Assembly: GCA_039714635.1 (NCBI GenBank)
Contig: JBDLIY010000001.1
Location: 1-32,715, forward strand
Length of the DNA stretch: 32,715 nucleotides
Direction: 5' to 3'
Origin: Planctomycetota bacterium
GTDB taxonomy: Bacteria > Planctomycetota > JAJSAM01
In this document: positions 25,028 through 32,041 of the stretch, in pieces
How positions within the stretch are numbered: the stretch's first letter is position 1
How the letters are laid out: every line of letters begins with the position of its first letter
Position numbers and translations under genes: made by a program
The notes under the pieces: model-generated
The model's database searches: none
What the model saw: only the letters and a program-made list of their open reading frames with translations
What the model was told of the DNA's origin: nothing

Positions 25028-26131
25028 ATGAAACGACTGTTCCGATCGCCGTGGCTCGAAGTCAACGTGATGCTCCTCATCCTCGTCATGTCCTACGTCG
25101 GGCTCGCCATCATGGGGCTCGGCGAGGAGCAGGTGGGCGAGGGGATGGGCATCGGCGAGATCACGGTCTGGTTGCTGGGCTTCTTCCTTCTGTCCTTCGC
25201 GATCGCCCTGGTGGCGGTCATCGGCGGGATCGGCGGGGGAGTCCTCTTCACACCCACGATGATGGCGTTCACCGACGTGAACAGCCTCATCATCCGCGCC
25301 ACCGGGCTCATCGTGGCCATGTTCTCCGGCCTCGTCAGTACGGGGCCGTTCATGAGGCGCGGGCTCGCGAACCTGAGGATCTGCATCTTCTGCGCGGCGG
25401 CCTACGGGGTCGGCGCGTTCAGCGGCGCGATGCTCGCGATCGTCGTCGCCGAGCACATGGGGCCGGCCGGGGAGGGCTTCGTCCGGCTTTCCCTCGGCGT
25501 GATCCTCGCCTCCCTCGGGGTCTACTTCCTCGTGGGCGGAAAGAAGATCGAGTGGCCCGAGGTGAAGAAGGTCGATGGCTTCACGAAGCGGCTGAAGCTG
25601 AGCCAGCCCTACTACGAAGCCTCCCTCGACAAGGTCGTCGACTACCCGCTGACCCGCGCGGCCTGGGTGATCTTCGCCATCATGGGCGTCGGACTGCTCT
25701 CCGGGTTCTTCGGTCTGGGAGCGGGTTGGGCGATCGTCCCGGCCCAGAACCTCATCATGGCGGTGCCCCTGAAGGTCGCGGCGGCCAACAGCGGCGTCCT
25801 CCTCGGGATGGGGGACTGCATCGCGGTCTGGCCCTACCTGCACCAGGGGGCGATCATCGCGCTCTTCGCCGCGCCGTGGCTCGTGGGCCAGGTGCTCGGC
25901 GGCCTCTTCGGCGCGCTGATCCTCATCCGGATCCAGGCGGGCTTCGTTCGCTTCCTTCTCATCGGGTTCATGTTCTTCGCCTGCTTCGGGTTGTTCACGA
26001 AGGCGCTCGAGATGTTCGGCGTGATCGGCTCGACCCCGGTCTGGCTGCGCGGGCTCGTCTTCGTCGGGATCTTCGGGGCGGTGATCCGATCGATCCTCAA
26101 GCAGGCGAAGGAGAAGGAGGTGCGGGGATGA
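25028..26131 (+). CDS. TauE/SafE (TSUP, DUF81) family anion permease, putative sulfite/sulfonate transporter
   Basis: 367 aa. Duplicated TSUP signatures GIGGGVLFTP and GLGAGWAIVP, with about 8 TM helices and a central hydrophilic loop. 54 nt after dsrP on the same strand. Confidence 0.75.
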   Translation: MKRLFRSPWLEVNVMLLILVMSYVGLAIMGLGEEQVGEGMGIGEITVWLLGFFLLSFAIALVAVIGGIGGGVLFTPTMMAFTDVNSLIIRATGLIVAMFSGLVSTGPFMRRGLANLRICIFCAAAYGVGAFSGAMLAIVVAEHMGPAGEGFVRLSLGVILASLGVYFLVGGKKIEWPEVKKVDGFTKRLKLSQPYYEASLDKVVDYPLTRAAWVIFAIMGVGLLSGFFGLGAGWAIVPAQNLIMAVPLKVAAANSGVLLGMGDCIAVWPYLHQGAIIALFAAPWLVGQVLGGLFGALILIRIQAGFVRFLLIGFMFFACFGLFTKALEMFGVIGSTPVWLRGLVFVGIFGAVIRSILKQAKEKEVRG

Positions 26132-26856
26132 GCGCCGCGGAGAAGAAGAAGCCGGAGGTCCCGGTCGAGAGCGTCGTCTACGGGGAGGTCATCTACTGGC
26201 TTACGATCCTCGCGGCAATCCTCTGCATGGTCGGCCCGGTCATCGCGCTGGCGAGCCCCGGGAACAACTGCCTGAACCCGACGCTCGTCTTCGAGAACAT
26301 TTTCGCCGAGGAGGAGCCCGGCGGCGTCTGGGCGCTCTCCGCGGCCGTGGAGCCCGAACTTCCGGTCCGCGTTGCGAACGCGCCGGAGGCCGGCGAGTAC
26401 GAGGCCATGGGCGTGCGGAAGGCGATCGGGATCCTCGCGGACTTCGAGGCCCCCGCGATGGACGACCCGGCGCCGGAGATGACCGTCGGAGGCGAACTCC
26501 GGCTCATCCGGAGCGACGCCGGGAAACCGAAGGGCTGTGAGTTCCGGCTCCATCGCATCCACGACGGCCACGAGGATTCGGGCACGCTCGTCTCCACCTG
26601 GAAGGCCCGCACCGAGGTCCTCGACGAGTACAAGGACGTCGTCGTGACGGACGGCCACTTCTGGATGGAGAACATGACGAGTGGCTGCAGCCTGACGCAG
26701 TTCGGTCTCGCCCTCGGCTGCAGCGTGGCGCTCTGGGGCCTGCTCCTGGCGGCCGGGATCTACCTGGGAAAGAGGAACGTCCGGTTTGCGGTCCTCGCCC
26801 TGTGGGTGGCGGTACTCGTGTTCGTGTCCGCCGCGGGATTCGTGAACCTGCACTGA
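26128..26856 (+). CDS. hypothetical membrane protein (1 + 2 TM with ~140-aa non-membrane insert); possibly an expanded DUF1634-like TauE partner
   Basis: Last 243 codons of track ORF 23893..26856, starting at ATG 26128 (ATGA overlap with the TauE stop). MSAAEKKKPE..VIYWLTILAAILCMVGPVIALA..soluble region..LTQFGLALGCSVALWGLLLAAGIYL..FAVLALWVAVLVFVSAAGFV. Confidence 0.6.
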   Translation: MSAAEKKKPEVPVESVVYGEVIYWLTILAAILCMVGPVIALASPGNNCLNPTLVFENIFAEEEPGGVWALSAAVEPELPVRVANAPEAGEYEAMGVRKAIGILADFEAPAMDDPAPEMTVGGELRLIRSDAGKPKGCEFRLHRIHDGHEDSGTLVSTWKARTEVLDEYKDVVVTDGHFWMENMTSGCSLTQFGLALGCSVALWGLLLAAGIYLGKRNVRFAVLALWVAVLVFVSAAGFVNLH

Positions 26857-26887
26857 GACGTCGTAGACTGGACGGAGGGGAGTCACC

Positions 26888-27688
26888 ATGGCCATCATCA
26901 CCATCTCCCGCGGGTCCTACAGCAAGGGGCGTGAGATCGCGGAGCACGTCGCGAACCGGCTCGGCTACGAGTGCATTTCGCGCGACATCCTGATCGAGGC
27001 TTCGGAGGAGTTCAACATCCCCGAGGTCAAGCTGGTCCGCGCTCTGCACGACGCGCCCGGCGTGCTGGACCGCTTCCGGTCCGGCAAGCAGAAGTACGTC
27101 GCCTACATCCAGCAGGCGTTCCTCGAGCACGTGCAGAAGGACAACGTCGTCTACCACGGCCTGGCGGGCCACTTCTTCCTGAAGAACGTCTCGCACACCC
27201 TGAAGGTCCGCATCATCGCGAACTTCGACGATCGCGTGCAGACGGAGATGGTGCGCGAGAAGGTCAACGAGGACACGGCCCGGAAGATCCTCAGGAAGGA
27301 CGACGAGGAGCGCCGCCGCTGGGCGTTGTCGCTCTACGGGATCGACACGGGCGACTGCCGTCTCTACGACCTCGTGATGCACATCCGCAAGTTCACGGAG
27401 GAGGACGCGGTCGACACGATCTGCCAGACGATCGAGCGCGAGCAGTTCGCGACGACGCCGGAGTCTCAGCAGGAGTTGGACGACCTGTTGACGGCGGCGC
27501 GTGCGAAGAGCGTGATCGTGAAGCGCTGGCCGAACGCCGAGACGGACTGCGAGGGCGGCCTGGTCTTCGTTTCGGTGGCGGCGGTCCTGGCCCAGGAGGA
27601 GCAGGTGGTGTCGGAGATCACCCGCCGGGTGAAGCGGGTCGGCGGAGTAACGGGCGTGCGGGTAAACATCCGCCCGATCCGCCTGTAG
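26888..27688 (+). CDS. cytidylate-kinase-like family protein (Cytidylate_kin2-type) with BON-like C-terminal segment
   Basis: 266 aa. ITISRGSYSKGREIAEHVANRLGYECISRD resembles the Cytidylate_kin2 N-terminus but lacks a canonical GxxGxGK P-loop. The C-terminus GGLVFVSVAAVLAQEEQVVSEITRRVKRVGGVTGVRVNI is BON-like. Confidence 0.6.
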   Translation: MAIITISRGSYSKGREIAEHVANRLGYECISRDILIEASEEFNIPEVKLVRALHDAPGVLDRFRSGKQKYVAYIQQAFLEHVQKDNVVYHGLAGHFFLKNVSHTLKVRIIANFDDRVQTEMVREKVNEDTARKILRKDDEERRRWALSLYGIDTGDCRLYDLVMHIRKFTEEDAVDTICQTIEREQFATTPESQQELDDLLTAARAKSVIVKRWPNAETDCEGGLVFVSVAAVLAQEEQVVSEITRRVKRVGGVTGVRVNIRPIRL

Positions 27689-27691
27689 CCC

Positions 27692-27732
27692 GAATCCGGT
27701 AATACGGAGGCGTAACCGTTTTTACCGGATTC
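27692..27732 (+). terminator. hairpin after the cytidylate-kinase-like gene (11-bp perfect outer stem, inner ACGG/CCGT, T-run)
   Basis: GAATCCGGTAA-tACGGaggcgtaaCCGTtt-TTACCGGATTC starts 4 nt after the stop. Likely marks the end of the long + strand transcription unit. Confidence 0.55.
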
Positions 27733-27769
27733 GCCCGATCCCGCTCTCGATCAGGATGCCGTGCGCCGT

Positions 27770-27808
27770 GGGGTGAAACAACGCTGACAGGCGCCGCTTT
27801 TTCACCCC
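27770..27808 (-). terminator. hairpin downstream of the 27816..30131(-) gene
   Basis: GGGGTGAAA / TTTCACCCC 9-bp stem with a 21-nt loop, directly 3' of the minus-strand stop. Confidence 0.35.
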
Positions 27809-27815
27809 GTGTCCG

Positions 27816-30131
27816 TCAGGGCATGACGACGTCCACGCGCAGCCCTTCCGCCGGTAGCCGGACCCTCCGCTCCACCGTCGCGTGGTCCGGATGGATGACG
27901 CGGATCTCGTAGGTCCCGGGCGCGAGTTCGTAGACGTAGCGGCCCTTCTGCGCGTCTCCGAAATCGTCCCCCCAGTCCCGCATGAACGGCGCCATGTCGG
28001 CGCCCCCGGCCTCGCGGATCTCGACCACCGCGCTCCGGACGGGGCGGCCGCGGGAGTCGAGGAGCCCGAGCGTCAGGCGGGCCGATCTCCGCAGGGCGAT
28101 CCGGCGATGGTCTCCGGACACTCCGGTCGCCGCGCTCAGGGGCGCCGGGCCGTAGCCGCCCGCGAAGACCAGGGCGTCCGACATCTCCTCCCACGAGCCC
28201 GGCAGGACGAGGCGGCCCTCTTCGTTCGCGACCGCCCAATAGGCCCGCACGACGAGGATGCTGGCCCCGGGGATCGGCGACCCGGACTCGGCATCGACGA
28301 CGACGAGAACCGGTCGGTGCGCGTCGAGATCGATGTCGTGGAGGTTCTCCCCGCGAAGGGTGTCCACTCGCTCCACCGAGTTCGGGGGACCGGACCATCT
28401 CTCGGAGACCGTGATCCAGACCGGGCCCGGGAGAAGCTGGTCCAGGCGGTAGCGACCTTCGTAGTCCGTCTGCGTGGCGAGTTGGAAGACCCTCCCCACG
28501 GTGTCCTCGAACTTCACCTCGACACGGCGGCCCCCGACCGGCTTCCCCCCGCGTCGCACGACCCCCCGCACGAAGGTCCCGGACGCGGGCATGAGGACCT
28601 CGACTTCGGTGACCTTGCCGGCGGCGACGTCGACTTCCACGTTGACCGTCCGGGCCCAGGTCGTGTCGATCTGGATGTGGCGCCGGCCGGGCGGCACGCT
28701 GTCGAACCGGCATTCTCCCCGCGCGTCCGTGGTGCCGTCGAACGATCCGGACTCCTGATCGAAGTTGACGATGACGTCCACGTCGTACTCCGGTTTTCCA
28801 TCGCCTCCGACCAGGCGGACGACGAGTCCGGCCGCCGCCGGCAGTCGGAGATCGGGCACCGCGTCCGGAGCGAGGAGCTTCACACCCCGGCGGGCCACGG
28901 GCCGGAACCCGGCCGCGACGGCGGCCATGGAGCACGTTCCCGGTTTCAATCCCACGATCCGGTAGCGGCCCTCTGCGTCCGTCCGCGCGGAGAAGGCTCC
29001 GTTGATCCAGGCCGACTCCTCGTCGAGGATCATCATGAGGATGATCGGTCCCCAGCGCTCCTGGGCCGCGACCACGACGAGCGCGTCGGAGACGGGCGTG
29101 CCGTCGGCGGCGGAGACCACGCGTCCGGCCAGGCTCTGGCCCTCCGAGACCTCGAGCTTCACGCGGGTCACGCGCCCGGCCTCCACACGGATCTTCTCCA
29201 GATCCGCGCGACCCACGCCCCGGACGAGCGCATCCAGGCGCCATGTGCCCGGGGCCAGTCCGCGGAACCGGAACTCGAGGCCGTCGCAGTGCTCGGGCTC
29301 CTCGTCGGAGTCGAGGAAGGCCTCTTCTGATCCCTCGGAGTCGAGGAGCCGGACGCGGTAGGGCGGAGCCGAAGGCGTGGGGGAGGGGAGGACCATGGTC
29401 CCGTGGATCTCGCCCGCGGCCACCAGTTCGAGGACCAGGTCGGTCCTCCCGGCGGCGGTACGACAACTGCTGGACGCGCGTAAGGGAGCGTGGGCCGTCA
29501 CCGTCACCGGGCCCTCGGGAACGCCCTCGATCCGGAAGCGCCCGTCGGGACCGGTGCGGGGGTGGTCGATGCTCGAAAAGACCGGACCGCCTTCTCCGTG
29601 GGGGTACGCAGACACCCTCGCCCCGGCCAGGGGCTGACCGTCGGCGGAGGTGACCCTCCCGGCGACGGGGAGACCGCCGGGGACGAGCACGAAATCGAGC
29701 TTCGCCTCGACGTCGGCCTCGATCCGCACCTCCCGCATGGCCGGTGGGTGGCCCGGCGCCGCGGCCGCGACCCGGTGTCGGCCCGGCGGCATCCCTTCGA
29801 TGCGGTACCGACCTTCGACCACCTCGGCTTCGAGGTGCCAGGCGGCGGCGACGCGGGCTCGCGCGATCGGCCGGCCCTCCCGGGAGAGGACGGTCCCGGT
29901 CAGGGTCCCCGTGGTGGGAGGTGGTCTCGGTGCGTCGGCCGTCGGGGATTCGGGCGCCGGGGGCTCCGGGGCCGTCCCGACCGGCGGAGTCTCCGGGGAA
30001 GTCTCGGAGGTGGGGCGGGGTAGCCCGGGGCCGTCGGGGCGGTCGGACGGCGCGAACAGGGCGGCCGCGCAGAGGGCAAGGAGCAGAACGAGGGCCGAGA
30101 GCGAGCGGCGGGACACCGGATCCACCTCCAT
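27816..30131 (-). CDS. secreted protein with about 8 carboxypeptidase-regulatory-like (Ig-like beta-sandwich) repeats
   Basis: 771 aa. Signal peptide RRSLSALVLLLALCAAALFA, then a Pro/Thr/Glu linker. The pattern G.V...dG.P..gA.V......T..dGrfri.g.ppG recurs (e.g. VAGRVTSADGQPLAGARVSAY, LAGRVVSAADGTPVSDALVVV). The competing 999-aa frame is Arg/Gly/Pro junk. Confidence 0.8.
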   Translation of the reverse strand: MEVDPVSRRSLSALVLLLALCAAALFAPSDRPDGPGLPRPTSETSPETPPVGTAPEPPAPESPTADAPRPPPTTGTLTGTVLSREGRPIARARVAAAWHLEAEVVEGRYRIEGMPPGRHRVAAAAPGHPPAMREVRIEADVEAKLDFVLVPGGLPVAGRVTSADGQPLAGARVSAYPHGEGGPVFSSIDHPRTGPDGRFRIEGVPEGPVTVTAHAPLRASSSCRTAAGRTDLVLELVAAGEIHGTMVLPSPTPSAPPYRVRLLDSEGSEEAFLDSDEEPEHCDGLEFRFRGLAPGTWRLDALVRGVGRADLEKIRVEAGRVTRVKLEVSEGQSLAGRVVSAADGTPVSDALVVVAAQERWGPIILMMILDEESAWINGAFSARTDAEGRYRIVGLKPGTCSMAAVAAGFRPVARRGVKLLAPDAVPDLRLPAAAGLVVRLVGGDGKPEYDVDVIVNFDQESGSFDGTTDARGECRFDSVPPGRRHIQIDTTWARTVNVEVDVAAGKVTEVEVLMPASGTFVRGVVRRGGKPVGGRRVEVKFEDTVGRVFQLATQTDYEGRYRLDQLLPGPVWITVSERWSGPPNSVERVDTLRGENLHDIDLDAHRPVLVVVDAESGSPIPGASILVVRAYWAVANEEGRLVLPGSWEEMSDALVFAGGYGPAPLSAATGVSGDHRRIALRRSARLTLGLLDSRGRPVRSAVVEIREAGGADMAPFMRDWGDDFGDAQKGRYVYELAPGTYEIRVIHPDHATVERRVRLPAEGLRVDVVMP

Positions 30132-30417
30132 CGCTCAGTCTACCTCTGCCGTGAATCTGTGGCCACCGGCCGATCCGCTCGTGGCCGTCGTCTCCTCGAC
30201 CCTCACCCTTGACTGTCGAGGCGACGTGAGTGTCGTCGGCTCGGAATCCCGCCGCACGGTCCGCAGGCTCCTGGAGCGCTCTGCCGCGGACTGTCGGCAA
30301 CACGGCACGGATGTGCCGCATCACCTGGCAAAGCTCATCGAGCAGTTCGCGGAGCCACCCGGGCCGAAGTAGGGCGCGGCCCCCGCGAGTGTCACCGGGG
30401 CGTGGCATGATGGGGCC

Positions 30418-30678
30418 ATGGATGAGCACATGGTCAGGATCGATGTCACCGTGCCCGAGTCGCTGATCGTCCGACTCCTCGCCGAGGCGCGGCGGCAGGG
30501 GAAGTCGACCGGGGAGATCGCCCGGAGCGCATTGGAGCACTGGCTCCGCGACGTGGAGTGGAAGGGCATCTCGACCTACGCCGCGGAGATGGCCGGGACT
30601 CCGGCGGATCTCGACGAAGACCTCGAGGAGGCCGGACTCGAGCATCTCGATGATGAGGAGCGAGCAGGCTCGGCCTAG
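30418..30678 (+). CDS. ribbon-helix-helix (CopG/antitoxin-like) protein, no cognate toxin adjacent
   Basis: 86 aa. VRIDVTVPESLIVRLLAEARRQGKSTGEIARSALEHWL fits strand-helix-helix; acidic C-terminal tail. Confidence 0.6.
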   Translation: MDEHMVRIDVTVPESLIVRLLAEARRQGKSTGEIARSALEHWLRDVEWKGISTYAAEMAGTPADLDEDLEEAGLEHLDDEERAGSA

Positions 30679-31169
30679 GGTCCGTCCACCCAGATCCGTC
30701 GCCGGCACGCCGCGTCCCCGTCCGGCAGCGCCGACAGCGTTTCGAACCGCAGCTTCGTCCCCAGCTTCTGGTTGATCCGGTCGACCGTCGCCGTGAACCA
30801 CGCGTCACACCCCGGTCGGTCCTCGTGGAGAAGCCCGTGCTTCTCGTGCCACCGGTGCCAGGGGCAGGCCTCGTGGACCACGAACCACTCTCCCTCGCCG
30901 GCTGCGAGCAGCGCGTCCTCGCCCATGCACTGGCTCGACCAGACGATCGACGCTGCGAACTGGTTTGCCAGGTCGCCGGCGGGGTCGATGCGCCCGAGGT
31001 AGGCGTCCGCCGTCTGCTCGCCGGTGATCCGCCACATCTCGAGGACGACCTCAGTCGGGTCGACGTCCGGGCAGAGCCTCTGCACGGCCTCCCGCCAGGC
31101 GAAGTGGCTGGCGCGGTTGATCTCGACGAGGACCTTGAAGCGCTTCTCGACGGGGATGGGCTCGCTCAT
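30675..31169 (-). CDS. ATC-hydrolase-family-like (L-2-amino-thiazoline-4-carboxylate hydrolase-like) protein
   Basis: Start at ATG 31169 inside ORF 30675..31322 (GAGGAG RBS). VVHEACPWHRWHEKHGLL..GCDAWF..TLSALPDGDAACRRRIWV matches the C..(w)..G..C.D...G(D)..C pattern I associate with that family. Confidence 0.5.
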   Translation of the reverse strand: MSEPIPVEKRFKVLVEINRASHFAWREAVQRLCPDVDPTEVVLEMWRITGEQTADAYLGRIDPAGDLANQFAASIVWSSQCMGEDALLAAGEGEWFVVHEACPWHRWHEKHGLLHEDRPGCDAWFTATVDRINQKLGTKLRFETLSALPDGDAACRRRIWVDGP

Positions 31170-31302
31170 GACTTCCCGTACTCCTCGCTGCTGGGGACAC
31201 AACATGTTGCCGCCCGTGCGCCGGGACGTCCACGGGAGATATCGGACGGGCGTGATCGCGCCGTCCCCCGCTTGCGTGACCAGGACGGTAGCTGCACTAT
31301 GC

Positions 31303-31605
31303 TCATCCCTCGTACTCCTCAATTTGCTCCAGCACCTGGAATTCCCGTTCCCGCGCGTGATACAGATCCCAGCGCTGCTGCAGGTTCAGCCAGAAGCCCG
31401 GCGTCGTCCCGAAGAACCGTGCGAGGCGCAGCGCTGTCTCGGCCGTGACGCCGCGGCGACCGTTCACCAGTTCGTTCACCCGCTGGTAGGGCACGAGGAT
31501 CCTCTCCGCCAGGTCCCGCTGCGTCAGGTCCATCGGCCGGAGAAAATCCTCGAGCAGCACCCGGCCCGGATGCGTCGGCCGGCGGTAGGTCGGCACTCTC
31601 ACCAT
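31303..31605 (-). CDS. higA: HigA-family antitoxin (XRE-type HTH)
   Basis: Start at ATG 31605 inside ORF 31303..31620. HPGRVLLEDFLRPMDLTQRDLAERILVPYQRVNELVNGRRGVTAETALRLARFFGTTPGFWLNLQ is a typical HigA signature. Confidence 0.88.
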   Translation of the reverse strand: MVRVPTYRRPTHPGRVLLEDFLRPMDLTQRDLAERILVPYQRVNELVNGRRGVTAETALRLARFFGTTPGFWLNLQQRWDLYHAREREFQVLEQIEEYEG

Positions 31606-31616
31606 GCTGGCACCTC

Positions 31617-31910
31617 TCAATGGTAGTCCGTGATCTGCACGTCCTTCGGCCCTGAACGGGACCAGCGGAAGCAGATCCGGTACTGGTCGTTGATCCTCAG
31701 GCTGTGCTGTCCGCGCCGGTCCCCTCGAAGGGCCTTCAGGCGGTTGCCCGGAGGGATCCTCAGATCCTCGAGGGTTACGGCGGAGTCCAGGTGATCCAGT
31801 CTCCTTGCCGCCGTCTCCATCAACGCCGCCGGCAGCAGCCCCCGGGCCTTGCGGGACGGATGTCCATGGAAGACGTCCTCCGTTCCGCGGTCCCGAAAGG
31901 TCTGTATCAC
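31617..31910 (-). CDS. higB: HigB-family toxin (RelE/ParE superfamily, killer protein)
   Basis: 97 aa, GTG start. MIQTFRDRGTEDVFHG..LEDLRIPPGNRLKALRGDRRGQHSLRINDQYRICFRW. The toxin sits upstream of the antitoxin, as in higBA. Confidence 0.88.
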   Translation of the reverse strand: MIQTFRDRGTEDVFHGHPSRKARGLLPAALMETAARRLDHLDSAVTLEDLRIPPGNRLKALRGDRRGQHSLRINDQYRICFRWSRSGPKDVQITDYH

Positions 31911-31936
31911 GCTATCACGGTATCACGGTATCCATG
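31905..31936 (-). promoter_or_regulatory. four tandem 8-nt repeats (TATCACGN on + strand; CCGTGATA on - strand) spanning the higB start
   Basis: tatcacgc tatcacgg tatcacgg tatccatg read directly. The higB GTG start lies inside the first unit. Likely higBA operator/promoter. Confidence 0.45.
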
Positions 31937-32041
31937 CTGCATCAAGCCCCGGTGCCTCAACCGAACCGGGGGGATGCATTGAATCCGGCGCCCTGCTAGC
32001 ATCTGTTTCGGGCGAACGTTCGTTCGGTACGGAGATCGTGC

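Noticed and set aside
20770-25843. 692-aa and 720-aa minus-strand ORFs, plus 415-aa/295-aa alternative + frames, over dsrMKJOP and tauE
   Set aside because: These are shadow ORFs opposite to or out of frame with genes carrying CxxCH, CCG, Tat-signal and TM signatures.
23893-26127. Upstream 745 codons of the 987-aa + strand ORF 23893..26856
   Set aside because: This part overlaps dsrP and the TauE gene in another frame and is Arg/Gly/Pro junk. Only the last 243 codons from ATG 26128, with TM helices and ATGA coupling, look genuine.
30132-30417. Small GC hairpins (for example CGGCAC-ggat-GTGCCG near 30304..30319, CGAGgCGACG..CGTCGgCTCG near 30211..30241) and a repeated GACTGTCG in the divergent intergenic region
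   Set aside because: Short stems and 8-mers of this kind are expected by chance at this GC content, and nothing links them to a recognisable motif.
30675-30678. Convergent RHH and ATC-hydrolase-like genes share a CTAG so their stop codons overlap
   Set aside because: This is real in the sequence but trivially explained by compact genome packing. No regulatory inference is justified.
27802-30801. 999-aa ORF on the minus strand, the longest in the track
   Set aside because: Its composition is overwhelmingly Arg/Gly/Pro/Ala with no domain signature, typical of an off-frame shadow ORF in high-GC DNA. The 771-aa frame (27816..30131) has a signal peptide and repeated beta-sandwich motifs and is the real gene.
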